From assembly GCF_006345805.1 (NCBI RefSeq), contig NC_043005.1, forward strand, positions 89,776,001-89,840,000: DNA of 64,000 bases, in the 5' to 3' direction. The position numbers and the translations under genes were made by a program. Below the pieces are notes generated by a model. It searched no databases and was not told the origin of the DNA. It saw only the letters and a program-made list of their open reading frames with translations. Below, piece by piece: positions 41,829-57,361 of the stretch (position 1 is the stretch's first letter; every line of letters begins with the position of its first letter). This DNA is from Octopus sinensis (lineage: Eukaryota).

Positions 41829-43512
41829 TATTTATTATTCCAATGTAATACTAGTAGTATATTAGGATGAATGGAAAAGAAAAGATCTCATTGATATTTC
41901 CAAATTTTCATTTTGTTTACGGTTGTTCCTGTGATTCACACAAAGACATTGTCAACCATTTAATTGTTAATTATATTTATTAAATTCATTTACTCGAATG
42001 TGACGTGGAAGTCATTTCATCAGAAACATTTTTAAATACTGATTTCAAATTTTGACACAAAGCTAACAATTTAGGAGGAGGGGATAAGGCAATTACATTG
42101 ACTCCAGTGTTAAACTGGTACATGTTTTATCGACCCTGAAAGGATGAAAGGATAAGTCGACCCAGCAGCATTTGAACCTAGAAATCCTGCTAAGTATTTT
42201 GCTCATCACAGTAACGATTCCGCCAGCTCATCTTCTTAACGCATTCAAATATTTGAACCAAATTCCCGTTACTGCTTTAAATATAATATACAAAATGAAC
42301 ATCTCAAGAAAATAGGTGTAGTAAAAGAAGTATGTTTTTAGGTTTAGATGTTTAATAGTTTCAGTCATTGGACTGCGGCCATGCTGGCGCACCACCATGA
42401 AGGGTTTTAGCTGAACAAATCGATTATTTTTATATGTTGGTCTCTTTTGCCAAACTGCTAAGTAATGGGGAGGTAAACAAACCAAACCAAATTGTCAAAT
42501 GGTAGCAGGAGGGCAAATACACCCACACCCACATTCGATGCAATCGATAAATGAACCTCATAGGATCAACATGCAAAGGAAACTCTTCATCAGAGGGCTG
42601 GAAAAGAACACAACTGTCTGACGGAAGTATTTGCTTTGCGTGCTGGTTCTGTTAGGTTCATCTCAGACGAAAAATGAAATCAAGACATTGGACAGATAAT
42701 AGAAAGCGTAAGCAAAATCATTCATTCATTCCCTGTCGTTGTCGGGCAATTTTCCTAATAGAATACTTTCAGATTTCATTGTTCCACGTCAAATCATGTC
42801 TTCTCCGACAGACAGACCTCCTTTATAATGTATTAATAAACCAAAATTTTGTTTAAATATGTTGTGATACAATTATATATTTAGACACGTTCATATATGA
42901 TAATTACAGAATGCAACCGTATGTCGCTTTAAAAAAATACTAATAAAATTGTAAACGACCGTGCGAAGAAGAGGTGATGAGAGTGGCTCCTTTAGTACAC
43001 CACACGGTCGATTATAATAAATACGAAAAGGATGAATGAGTACAGGTGCCAGAAGGAAAAGAGAGACACAACCGAATAGAATGTTTAAGAGAAAGATTTT
43101 ATTTAGGTGATAACGTGTGTGTATGCGTCATATATACATGATAACAGACAGGTCGTCATGAGAACAAAGTGTGTGTACAAACATGGACGTATGCGTGTGC
43201 GATAAGTACAAAGCATTGAAAGAGTCTATAAAATGACGTTAGAAGAATGTTCAGACACAAGGATGATAAATACCAGTTCGTAGTCAAGGTACACGATAGT
43301 CAAAATGCTGTAACAAGAAGTTGAGGCGAAGAAGCAGAGCCTGTGCGGTACGTGTCGTACAAGAAGTTGTGGCTACGATGCTGCTGCCGGTCACTTGGTA
43401 CAAGGATTTCTCGCAGGTTGTATTTGCTGTTGACCATTGTGAAGTGATTCACAAACATGTATATGTACAAAAAACATGTATACAATAGGTGTACGTGTGT
43501 GTGTGTGTGTGT

Positions 43513-43569
<57 letters not shown>

Positions 43570-44299
43570 GCCCGTATATCGACAAAACACTTTTATCCTC
43601 GATGGAAAAGAAAAACAAATGTCTTAACGAAAGCTTACTCGTCGCTGGAAAGGGACTTAGCTCATGTTTGTAATCAATGGTGGATTTCTCCGCCGTGAAA
43701 ATTGTTAAGTTATGGTTGAAAATTTATTTTTACCGCTATTCGCTGGTGCCTCGGGGAGAAATAATTTGACTAAGATACAGCTAGGATCGTGACGAATGGC
43801 CTCCTAAAATTGGAGCGACATGCCTGCTAATTTGTTACGTGCATAAACTACATTCACGTACACACACACACACACACACATCCTGCCTTTTATATATACA
43901 CAGATATATATTATTTACATTTAATCTTAATTATATTTTTAAATCACGTCTTGCTTTCTTTTTGCTTTTTTTCGTATGTATGAATGAGCTACTCCGCGTT
44001 TGACACTAGAGTGATATTTGATTATTTTATAAAGTGTTTGGGTGTCGGTTTGGTGTCTGGAGCGATATAGCTTACCTCATGGGCAGGTAGAAGCTCTTTA
44101 ACCTTGGTTGGTAATCTACCTGGGAGTAGGAAGTCTCCGAAATAAAACCCGAGGCCTTGGAAATTCCAGGTTTTGTGAATTTCCCTGTCACGCCGGCGAA
44201 AGTCTTCTTGGGCCAACAGGTGGGAGTAGTGCAGTGCAAGCTACACTCACTGAAAATTATTCATCTGCAAAGGTACTTCTTGTACACCAAATCTTAGTA

Positions 44300-47200
44300 A
44301 AATATCAGTAAAACGCACTTATAACTTACTCTAAAATGTCTCAAACAGATTCAATAAATGGCAAAAAAAAAAGGCTTGGGAACGTCAGGGGAACAGGTCT
44401 GGCTCGACAAGAGTCCCAGTGTATCACAGGCTGGGCCCGATCGTCATCCTGCCACTGTGGTCAAGAAAAAGTAAAAATAAACATCCTTTGAATTTCGGCT
44501 GTTGGAATGTGCGCACACTTTTTGATAATTTCAACAAGAAGCCAAAAAGGTGTACTGCACTTATTGCAGGTGAGCCTAAGAAAAATTCCCTTGATATAGG
44601 TGCGCTCTCTGAAACTCGTCTCTCTGGTGAGGGACAAATAAACGAACTTACTTATGGATATACTATCTTTTGGAGAGGGCTACCTGATGGTTAGCATAGA
44701 GAATTTGGTATTGGGTTTGCTCTCAAGAATTCATTAGTTTCCTCCATTGCAGAATTTCCAAGAGGTATATCTGAACGAACCATGTCATGCCATATAAAAC
44801 TGATAAAAGGTAGGTTTCTTACCGTTGTCAGTATTTATGCACCAATAATATCCCATTCTGATTGAAACTGTAGGACAGTTTTATGATGATCTAGCACAAT
44901 TATTGAAGAAAGTACCAATTTCTGACGAGCTGGTCATAATGGGAGATTTCAACGCAAAAGTTGGAAATGACTACGTTTCATGGCCTCTTTTAAGCCGACT
45001 TGGGATTGGAAAATGTAATAAAAATGAAGTAGTACTTTTGATGTTTGTACTGAGAATAATCTGGTTGTTACCAACACTCTGTTTAAGCAGAAAAATAACT
45101 ATAAAACCACCTGGATGCACCCAAGATCTAAGCACTGGCATCTCATAGGTTATATTTTGATCAGAAAAAGTGATATGAAATATCTTTCTATCGTTCGGGC
45201 TATGAAAAGAGCAGAGAGCTGGACTGACCATCGTCTAGTGCGTGGAAATATAAATTTCTCGATAATGCCTAAAAGCCGACAGTCTGGTCCTAAGGTGCCC
45301 CAAAAGATAAATGTTGCAAAGTTCAAATTACCAAGCAACTGGCAAAGATTCCACAATGCTATAGAAAGTATTAGTCTTGATCCAAACAATTTATGGGAAG
45401 ATTTCAAAACAAACGTATTTCAGGCTGCAAGTTCGTCAGTGGGATTTAAATTCCAGAGACTGGTTCTCAGATAGATCAGCAGAAATTTATGATCTTGTAA
45501 TTCGTGGAAGACAAAACTTAGGCAATACGCTTCTTTCTCAGTCCTTGATCCCCAACTCAAATGAAGCTTATTAAAAGCAGAAAAGGAAAGTGCAGACTGC
45601 TCTAAGGAAATTTAAACAGGAATGGTGGAATGATAGAGCAAAAGGGGTACAAGAAGCAGCTGATAGAAATGACGCCCAGGGTTTGTACTGTTATGTTAAG
45701 GAGGTATATGGCCCAAAATCGTCTTCAATAGCTCCAGTGAGAACAGGAAATGGTCGTTTGCTTCTGACTGACACCGCTTCTATTCATAAGCGCTGGGTAG
45801 AACATTTTTCTGCACTTTTGAATAGACCATCATCTGCTGACATGAGGATGATATAAAAAATTGAACACCTTCCATTTATAGAAGAGATGGCATTTGAACC
45901 AACTCTAAAAGCTCCAGGGTCTGATGGAATCTGTGCAGCGGTCTTGAAATATGGGGTTGACAAAATGCTTGAACTCTTAAATATATTAATTTGTCACTGT
46001 TGGAGAACTGAGAAAGTGCCTCGAGACTAGATTAATGCCATTTTAGTCTCCTTGTATAAACCGGGGCCAAAGGTTCGGTGAGATAATTTTCGTGGGATTT
46101 CGCTTTTGTTTGTGGTTGGAAAGGTACTTGCCCACATTCTGTTAGAACGTTTAAATACCTTCATAATTCCAAATATGGTGTTTGAGTCTCAGTGTGGTTT
46201 TCGTTTCTCCAGGGGCACAGCTGATTGTATCTTTACTGTCAGACAATTACAAGAAAAATGCATTGAACAGAATCTTGCCCTTTACCATTGCTTTGTTGAT
46301 TTGAGCAAAGCATTCGATACTGTTAATCGAAATGCTCTGTGGCTAATTCTTTTCTACTCTAAGCACAGGGCCCGAAATTTTGGGAGAGGGGGAAAGTCGA
46401 TCCCGAAAGGATGAAAGGCAAAGTCGACCTCGGTGGAATTTTAACTCAGAACGTGTAGACAGACGAAATACCGCTAAGCATTTCGGTCGGCGTGCGAATG
46501 ATACTGCCAGCTCACCGCCTTGCTCTGTGGCTAATTCTAACGAAAATAGGTTGCCCAGAAAAAATTTGTCAACATGATCAGGACTTTGCATCAAGATATG
46601 AAAGCTTGAGTTAACTTTAGTGGTTGGCTCTCTGAATCTTTTGCCGTGGAAAATGGAGTAAAGAAAGGAGACCTTGATGCACCCACCCTCTTTGCAATAT
46701 ATTTTGCTGTTGTGCTGTCACACGCTTTTCAAAACTCCGAGGAGGGTATTTACATAAAATATTGAACAACAGGTAATGTTTTTAATCTGACCAGACAACT
46801 TCAAAACGAAGGTTTTTACTTCACTCATTAGGGAATTCTTATATGCTGCGATCTAGTCAATCATTGTGAAACAGGTCCGCAATATCTTGTATCTGCATTT
46901 AACCCAGCTTGTAATGATTTGAGCTTGACCATCAACTTGAAAAAAAAAAAACAAAAAAAAAACAGTTGTGATGTATCAACCTGCATGTGGTGTTGTTTGC
47001 AAACCCCTAAATTTTCTGTTTATGGTAAGCTACTTGAGATTGTTGATTCTTTCGTTTACGTCGGAAGCTCTGTACATGATGGAAATTTGGACACAGAAAT
47101 ATATCTGCAAATTCAAAAGGCAGCACAAGCATTTGGTAGCTTTGAGTCACGCATTTAGCGCCAACGACGTATAAATAAAAACACAAAATTGGCTCTTTAC

Positions 47201-48000
47201 GCATCATTTGTCTTATCATCCCTGTTGCCTTCTTCTGAAACATGTTAGAAGAATTCCACTAAAAAATGCCTTCATCGCATTTTAAACATTAAATGGAGTT
47301 CTTTTATTCCAAACAAAGATGTCTTGCATCTGCGGGCACCACCTCAATTAAAGCTATGATTTTGGGAAACCAAATGAGATGGTGTGGCCATATTGTTCGA
47401 ATGGCGGATGAACGCATGCCCAAACAGCTGTTTTATTGTGAGCTTGCGGAGGGGAAACGCTACCGGTGTAAACCTAAAAAAGAGTTTAAGGACGGCATAA
47501 GGACTACCATGGAGTCACTTGGAATGGATTCAGAGGACATAGAAACCCTTGCTTCGGATCGAGCTTGATGGCGAACAAGAGTGTGGAGTGGGGTGAAAGC
47601 GTTTGAAGCGGCCAAGATAACATGTGCAAGACTCAAAAATGATTTAAGGAAGAATGTTACGATTGAGGTGAACCGCAATCACCTTTTTGTGAACACGGTT
47701 TGTGACAGACAGTGCATTTCCTTTGCTGGGCTCAGATCTCATTTGCGAACCCACGGAAAACGAACTTCCGTCAACTATTCTGCCTATATACCTATGCACT
47801 CCTTTCAATGCAGTGTATGGTCTGCAAATTTCAATGCGAGTTCTGTAAATCTAACGGAGGCCTCAAAAGACATTTTACGATCCAGAAAGATCAGAATTTA
47901 ACTGCAGCTCTTGGGGATCCAAATCGGATGGGAAATCTATGTGGTTTTTTTTTCAAAACATTGCCTGGTTTAAAAAGCTACATCAGATGCCATAATGGTT
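44300..48000 (+). mobile_element. RTE-clade LINE, near full length, heavily mutated (APE + RT + C-terminal C2H2-like motifs)
   Basis: LNFGCWNVRTL, LSETRL, GDFNAKVG, WTDHRLV, CGFRFSRGTADCIF...FVDLSKAFDTVNR, RWCGHIVRM. Confidence 0.88.
46351..46520 (-). mobile_element. tRNA-derived SINE inserted in the RTE
   Basis: 18-bp TSD TGCTCTGTGGCTAATTCT (46333-50, 46521-38); head AGGCGGTGAGCTGGCAG... with B-box-like GAGTTAAAATTCC. Confidence 0.85.
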
Positions 48001-48100
48001 CTAAGGTGTAGGTACAGGAGGTGGTCAAACTCTGCATAAGGAGTAGACAACAACTATGTATATGCGTATATGTATGTATGTGTTTATATGTATGTTTGTT

Positions 48101-48142
<42 letters not shown>

Positions 48143-48206
48143 GAGAGAGAAAGAGAGAGAGAGAGAGATGTGTGTATGTACGTGTGTGCGTGTATACGTG
48201 TGCATG

Positions 48207-48288
<82 letters not shown>

Positions 48289-48683
48289 TGGAAGTGTGTC
48301 CGGTCATCTGTGACTGTAACTGACAACCCACGCTGCTATACACCCACCAGGTGTCACACTGTCTCTCACAGCACACCTGCTTTTTTTTCTAGTACCCTTC
48401 CCTCGCTTTAAACTTAATGTAATCTAATACCTCCTCAACAGGTCTCATCTTACCTATGTCACTCTCCCGTTTACTTTCCCTTGTTAAAAATTTCTTTTCT
48501 TCTTGTCTACAGTTTATATATATTACTTGTTACGGACCTTTAAGAATAAGAACAATCGAATCAATGCCTCATTCCCTAACTGAAACGGGCAAATAACAAC
48601 ATGACCGCCTAAACTCAAGATCTAAAAGTTTTTGAGTCATCTAAAAGTTTTTGTGAATCTTGATGTTGACATAAATTCCTTGT

Positions 48684-48766
48684 TTTTCCTGATGAGAAAG
48701 CGGCATAATGTACTCCTTATTCCCTCACAATTAGGAATATGCAGCCTTCGAAACATATGTCGAAAA
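48684..48766 (+). ncRNA. Type I hammerhead ribozyme, sense to SLC22 paralog B intron 1
   Basis: Stem I TTTTC/GAAAA; core CTGATGA; stem II GAAAGC/GCCTTC extended by GCATA/TATGC; GAA; stem III ACATATGT; C17=48761 (GUC). Confidence 0.8.
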
Positions 48767-48967
48767 TAAAGGAAATTTGTTAATTTGTCGTTCAGCTCCA
48801 TTCTTTCATTTATTCAAAAATTTTATAAACATACACACAAATTTCCACATGAAAACACGTAGTCTCTGCCCTAGGCACGTAACTTCAACCGTGTTATTTC
48901 TGATGTGAATTTGCTACCCAGGTATCGGTTAAACGAATTATCCATAAAAAGATATTTCATTTTTCTA

Positions 48968-49027
<60 letters not shown>

Positions 49028-49065
49028 GAGAGAGAGAGAGAGAGACAGGGGGGGGAGAAAGATTA

Positions 49066-49106
<41 letters not shown>

Positions 49107-50380
49107 CAGACAGAGAGACAGACAGACAGACAGAGAGGGAGGAGTGCCTTTTCAATTTGACGTAGTCAGTTCATTGAAATTCAATACAAAGCATTTTTCT
49201 TTTTTCTTTTTCCTTCTCATTGTATCAACATATTTGTAAACAAACACATTTTATCACACGGCTTGGTCACCTTTCAAGATGTCAATTTTAGAACGTAGGT
49301 TGGGAAAGATAAGGAAAGGGGAGCTGGCGCGGTTATCACTGGGAAATAATAAAAAAAAAAACAGAGTTCAAAGTTCAAAGTGCCATGGAAATGTATTTTC
49401 CTTTACACTTGTATAGTCAAGTCTGTGTAATTCTATGTTTTGCATGAATGCACATTAAAAATTAGTACAACATTCATAAATTAAGAAAATAAAGTCAGAA
49501 TTAAAAAAAATAATTTGGTTCTGTTTATAATTCAATCTATTCTCTATGTACGTTTAATGAAACATCATAAATGAGGTTTTTTTAAATTAATATGTATATT
49601 GTATATTTAGCTGGAAGTCACTGTAGGATATAAATCATATAATAAATCAGGGCCTGCATATACTCTTTTACTTGTTTCAGTCATTTGACTGCAGCCATGC
49701 TGGAGCACCGCCTTATTCTTTGTAAGCCTAGTACTCATTCTATCGGTCTCTTTTGCCGAAGCGGTTGTCAAGCGATGTTGTGGGGCGACAAACACAGACG
49801 CACAAACACACACACACACATATATATGCATATATACGACGAGCTTCTTTCAGTTTCCGTTTACAAAATCCACTTACAAGGCTTTGGTCGGCCCGAGGCT
49901 ATAGTAAAAGCCACTTGCCCAAGGTGCCACGCAGTGGAACTGAACCCGGAACCATGTGGTTGGTAAGCAAGCTACTTACCACACAGCTACTCCTGCGCCT
50001 GCACTTATCGCACAACCACTCATGCGCCTATATTTTTAAGTAACTTTCATCCTTTTGTAGAATTTCTTTTTCTTTTTCTTGTTTGCTTGGATAAGAGAAT
50101 TCAAAAGAGATCTTTTTCACGAATTACTTTGCCAATTAGCTACATTAGATATCTTTTCTAATCAGTGCTAAAATGAATCTATTATTCTTTCATGGGTACG
50201 TGTAAGTTCTAAAAGAACAACTGTTGTCAAAATCCCAATGCTATATATATAGAGAGAGTATCACGTTATTATAGAATACTTATAGAGTATCACTTTATTA
50301 ACATTGGAGACACATTCAAGAAACAACGATAACAGTGTAACATGAATGTTTTCTCTTCATCCATCACCATTACTATTAAG

Positions 50381-50442
<62 letters not shown>

Positions 50443-50830
50443 TGCTAATTTAGGCAGAGTGGTAAGGGCACTGGACGATTCCATTGACACCAGTATTTGT
50501 GTGGGGCTTTATTTTATTGACCCTGGAGGGATGAAAGGTAAAGTCGACCTCTGGGATTTGATCTCAGAACATAAACAACTAAAAGTAGAACAAGGCACCT
50601 TCTCTGACACTTTAACTCTTTAGCATTCAGATTACTCTCTCAAATCTAATGCAGGTTTATTCACATTGCTTGGAATTAATCCTGGGATTATCTCGTAGCC
50701 TCCAGATTTATTCAGCGGTCAAGTGAACCGTTCATCTCTTCAGCTAGACCATTCCTTTAGTGTTCTCTGTGCGTGCTCCCCCAGCACTCTGTATAGCAGC
50801 TTTTAGCACAGTGTGTGCTCTGTCTAAAAG

Positions 50831-52041
50831 CTGATCCAATTTGAACTAGCTTACAAAACAACCACAATTGGACTGGCCAAATATCTCGATATATCGAATG
50901 ACTGGATGCTAAAGCTCGTGGAAAATCACGAGAGACGAAAGAAGCTTCATTCTATCATAAAGGAAAGCAAAAGATTTGCTATTGATCTCGTGCAGGATAC
51001 CCAAACTGAACAACCCGAGGGAAGTACGGTAACTATTGTTGCAAAGAAGGTGAAAATGATGGCAATGAAAAAAGCGCACGAGCAATTGGCTGATAGGTAG
51101 GAGGAGAAACCTCTGCACGGCAAATATGTGACCCGCAGCAAACAAGCTGATGTTGACCAGAAGCAAACCCATCACTGGCTACGGAGCTCAGGGCTAAAAG
51201 CAGAGAGCGAAGGTTTCATCCTGGCTGCTCAAGATCAAAGCCTATTAACCCGGAACTACCAGGCCAATGTGATGAAAAATGGAGCAGACCCAAAATGCCG
51301 ATTCTGCAACGACATGATTGAAACAGTGGACCACCTAATCTCTGGATGTAAAGTCTTAGCACCAGTGGAGTATAAATTAAGACATGACAGAGTTGGCCAA
51401 TATCTCCACTGGCTAATAAGTCGGCATTACAATATCAAAACTGTCGACAAGTGGTATAATCACCACCCTGAGGCTGTAACTGAAGGAGAAAATGTAACCA
51501 TTCTGTAGGACTTTCCAGTACATACAGACCGAACCATCAAGGCCAATAAACCAGATATTGTTGTGAAAGACCAAAACAATAAAGTTTGCTTATTGATCGA
51601 CATGAGCATCCCCTGTGATCATAATATCTCAGCGAAAGAGTTTGACAAGCTCAGAAAATATAAAGACCTACTCATTGAAATTGAGAAAATGTGGCATCTC
51701 AAGGCGGTTACAATACCAGTGATCGTAGGAGCACTATGAATGATCAAGAAGGGAACCGAAAATTATATGAGAATGATCCCTGGCTTACCATCCCTGCAAG
51801 AAGTGCAAAATATTGTCTTAACTGGTACATCACACGTATTGAGAAGAGCATTGTCGATGTGAGAACTGTTGCTGCTCATGTATTTTAATTTAACTTTAAA
51901 AAAATAAAAAAAAAAAAAATTAACGAACTACTGAGTTTGGTTTAATGGCCTACCAATATATACTATGAGTTTCTTTGCCCTAGGAGTCGGGAAGACACTC
52001 GGCAAGAAATGGAAGCAAATTTGAAAGAAGAAAAAAAAAAG
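50831..52041 (+). mobile_element. 5'-truncated R4/Dong-type LINE (second subfamily) ending in (AAT)n
   Basis: WLRSSGLKAESEGFILAAQDQSL, CRFCNDMIETVDHLISGC, KPDIVV, KLRKYKDL. Confidence 0.88.
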
Positions 52042-52056
52042 TAATAATAATAATAA

Positions 52057-54960
52057 TGTCGTCCCCCTGCTTCATTTTCAAACATTTAATTTTGGAGACA
52101 AATTTTTGATGCAGTGTAGCTCCATTGCTTTTCTTGAATTTTGATCATTTCTTGATCATTTGTAAAAGGGAAAGATTTGGAACTTTCCTTCACCGCATAT
52201 TTCTAGATGTTTGCTCAGTGGAATCTTGCGCAATTCATCTTGTCGGATGTGTTGTCTGTGGATTCTTGCACGTTTGCAGAGGGAATTCTTTGTTTCGACA
52301 ATGTAATTTTCCTTGTAGTTGGGGCAAGTAATGCAGTATATGAAATTCTGCGTCTTGAAGTTCATATCTGCATTTACTTTGAACTATAATTCGCCCTTGA
52401 ATTTCATGTGAGAACCACTTTCTAAGTATTTGAAGTTGTTGTTGTTGTTGTTGCCTGTTCCACTACTGCTATCTTCACATTCTCTTACGGAGAATTCTGA
52501 TTCATTCTCTAATGTTAATTTTGCTCTTGTAGTGTTTTCTGAGACTTTTTGGTTGGCATATACTGTGTTCTAAGTGGTTTTTATCAATCAGAGTTTTCGT
52601 TTTGGGGCTTTGTAGAGGTAAAGGTAGGGTTTGATTTTATGGTGTGAAAGATGTCGACTAACCCAGCATTGGTTAATAGAAACGTGTGTTCATTAATGTT
52701 TTTCCTTTGGTGTTCTTAGTTGTAAGATGCTCAGCTTCATCGCATTTTTAATACCCTCGCTTATTAATTCTAAGGGGTATTTCTCTTTTGTTACGAAGTG
52801 CTTGAACTCGTTGAGTCGGATTTTACGTATTTTGGGGCCAATCACTATAGTACAGATCCGTCTTACCATGCTGTATGGGATGTTCCTTTAGATGTGTGAG
52901 GGATGGAAACAGTAGAAATTCCAATATTGGTGTGGGTCCGTTTTTTTTTATTATTGTAAAATATGTCTGTTATGACTGTGGAGTTGTGTATTTTTATGTG
53001 AATATCCAGGAATGGTAATTCACTGCAACTGGATTCTGTCACGAATTTGATGGATTGATGAGGTGAGTTGAGTATATTATTAAATATTTGTAGGTTCTCA
53101 TTTGATTTGTCCCAAAAGATGAAGCAGTCTTCCAAGAAGCGTTTCCATTTTTTAATGACGTATTTCTTGCAATCCTGATTAAAAGCTCTTTGTACCTCCT
53201 CATAAAACTTTTCTTCCAAGTGTCCCATGACTGGGTTAGCATAAGAGAGTGCAAACTGCGTCCCCATAGCCGTGGCCTTTTATCTGTCGATATGTTTTAT
53301 TATCGAATCTAAAGGTGTTTCTTCTAATACCAGTTGTTGTGTTGGTGCTTGAGGACCAGCACACTATTGATCTGTTTCAGGTCAGTAGGTCTTAATATTT
53401 TTATGTATTGGTTCCTCTGCTCATTTATGGCTCTATGTATTTCGGGGCTTTCGTGGATTTTGGGTAATCTGTAGAAATTGTTCTCTTTGATTACAGAGTT
53501 GCATGAATAATCCTTCTCCTTCTATGTGAAGGAATCTTGTTGTTGTTGTTGGTGGAGGTTCCTTCTCCCGCCATGCCTGGCTCATAAAGGCTGGTTTCAT
53601 TGGCGTATAGGTTCCCCACCTGGACGGGACACCGGTCTGTCGCAGGTGAGCTGCAAGATGCATTAGGGAAGAGTGAGAGAAAGTTGTAGTGAAAGATTCA
53701 GCAGAAAATCGCCATTGCCTTCTGCCGTAATCGCACGAAGCTTAGGTGTTTCACTCATAAACACACACATCGGCCGGCCTGAAATTCGAACCCATGATCC
53801 CTCGACCACGGATCCACTGCTCTAACCACTCGGCCATGTGCCTCCACTGAAGGAATCTTGGCATTCATTAATTAAAGTTTTGATTTATTCATTATTGCGT
53901 TTTCCGGGTGTCTTGGTTCTTCCTTGTAAGAGGTTTAGTCTGTTAGAATCTCCAATATTCTGTCTTTACAGTAGTCTTTGTCCATGATTACTCTCACCCA
54001 TTCTTACGACGACTGAGTTGTCATTCTTCAGTGTTAGTAAGGCTTCCTCTTCTTCTTCACGAATGTTTTGTTTGCATTTACGGGTACTTTGGGGAAATTT
54101 CGAAATTGCGTCTGTATATGCATCAAAATGTTTGTCATTCCCCTTGTATGAGGTTAAGTGGGATTTATTTCTGACTATTGATTCATCAAATATATCCTTA
54201 TTGCTGAAGAATTCTATAAGTCGCAGGTAGCGGTTAAAATGCTCAATATTAGCTTTTAGTTCAGTGACATTAGGGGTAGGTGTCAGGGTAAATTTGAAAC
54301 CTTTCAATAGGCGGTTCATCTCATCCTTGTTGAGGTTTCTATTTGACAAACTTATGATCTTCGGGTCTACATGTTCTGTGTGCTAATTAAAATTTTATGT
54401 TGCGTAGAGTTTGGCGCGTGATTGTGGTATTTTCTCCATAAAAAGTGAATTGTATTACTGTTTCCATTATTTTGTTGTTTCGGGTTTCTGGTTCCCTCGG
54501 AGGTGAGGGGATGGTTCATGTTCTTTGTATGTATTTCGTTGTCCATAGGTTCTGTCTTCTTCCCATCTTTTATTCATTGGGTCATTTAAGGAATTTGGAA
54601 CTATTGGTCGTAAATCGCAAGTTTCTTGTGTTTCCATAGTGATTATTTATATTACGCTCTTTGTGTTGTCCATATTTTTCTTGTCCTTCTTTCTATGTAG
54701 TCATCCATCTAAGGTACGTGGTATTATGGGTCGGTGGTTGTCTGTATGTTATGTGTCTGTCCTGTCTTTTTCCCCATGTATTCAACCATCTAGGGTGTTT
54801 GATATTACGCGATGAGGGTTGTCTTCTATATTCCATGTGTTTCTTTATTGCAGAGTTATACTTTGGTATTGCAAAATGTGAGTTTCCAGTCTGCACTTGG
54901 GGTGGATTGGGGGGTCATCTCCACACATGCTCTTGGATGTCTTGAGGTTCGATACCTTAG
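52057..54960 (-). mobile_element. Second Penelope-like element (degenerate RT + GIY-YIG)
   Basis: MGTQFALSYAN...WKRFLEDCFIFW; IYCITCPNYKENYIVETKNSLCKR; LLKGFKFTLTP. Confidence 0.85.
53540..53847 (-). mobile_element. tRNA-derived SINE with (ACA)n tail inserted in the PLE
   Basis: 13-bp TSD TGAAGGAATCTTG (53527-39, 53848-60); A box TGGCCGAGTGG, B box GGTTCGAAT. Confidence 0.88.
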
Positions 54961-55057
54961 AGTCGGTGTCTATGTTTGTTTCCTAGTATTTTTTGTTGTT
55001 GTGGATTCGTTTTCATAATGTATACACACACACACACATATACGTATATATACATAC

Positions 55058-55116
<59 letters not shown>

Positions 55117-55334
55117 CATATATATGTATACATACATATATATATACATACACATATACATATACACATACACACGCACACGCATACATATATACACACA
55201 TATATGATGGTCTTCTTTCAGTCTCCATCTACCAAATCCACTGGCAAAGATTTGGTCAGCCATGTGGCCCTAGTAGAAAGCACTTGCCCAAGGTGCTGCT
55301 AAGTGGGACTGAACCTAAGACGAAATGGTTGAGA

Positions 55335-56381
<1,047 letters not shown>

Positions 56382-56888
56382 GTAAATTAAGCCTCCTTCG
56401 ACCCTGCTCCCTTTTATTATATTCTATATCGTTTCACTTTATTTTCTTTAATTTCCCTTCTATATTGAATCTTCTGTTTTAATTTACTTCCCATCTTCCG
56501 CTCTGCCAATCCTACGAACAGCATTACCCAATTATCTTATTAAAGTATATGAGTGTATATACAGAAGACGAAGTATGACAATATTGTTCAGTCAATTAAT
56601 TTATAAGACGTCGGTTAAGAAGTAACTCTATTTTTCGTGTCATGCGTTGCAAGTATCATGTTAATATCGATTTGACCAAAAGCAAAGTACTCACAGTATT
56701 CTGGTTGGAATAAGGTAGATATGTGTAAAGGTCTCTGAGGTAAAAACATGGTTGAAATGTTAAACAAAGAATGTAGGTTAGCTAAGCTCTGGTTCTCGAG
56801 TGACTCTTCTTCAACCATCTGGCTTATCAATTAAGACTTGGTCAAAGTATTTCATTTCAGCTCCGTTCTCTTTGACGTCCTGACAATC

Positions 56889-56925
<37 letters not shown>

Positions 56926-57010
56926 GAGAAAGAGAGAGAGAGAGTGTGTGTGTGTGTGAGAGAGAGAGAGTGTATGTGTGTGAGAGAGAGAGTGTGTGTG
57001 TGTGTGAGAG

Positions 57011-57042
<32 letters not shown>

Positions 57043-57069
57043 TGTGTGTGTGTGTGAGAGAGAGAGAGA

Positions 57070-57104
<35 letters not shown>

Positions 57105-57298
57105 GTCGCATCCACACAACCACCGGAAAATATAGGTGTGTACTGTCACGCCAACTAGTGGGACCTGTAAAACGAATATTGGCGTAAGAATCCAGTTCTC
57201 TGCAGAAACAAGAAAAGGGACGTAATTCAGCTGACATCCCCTATACTACAGCGAACTACTACAAAGTATACACGAATGTGTTTGTGTGTGTATGTGTC

Positions 57299-57361
<63 letters not shown>

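Noticed and set aside
42560-42610. Minus-strand CTGATGA-AGAG-TTTC-CTTT motif
   Set aside because: No GAAA and no stem I; chance match or fully decayed.
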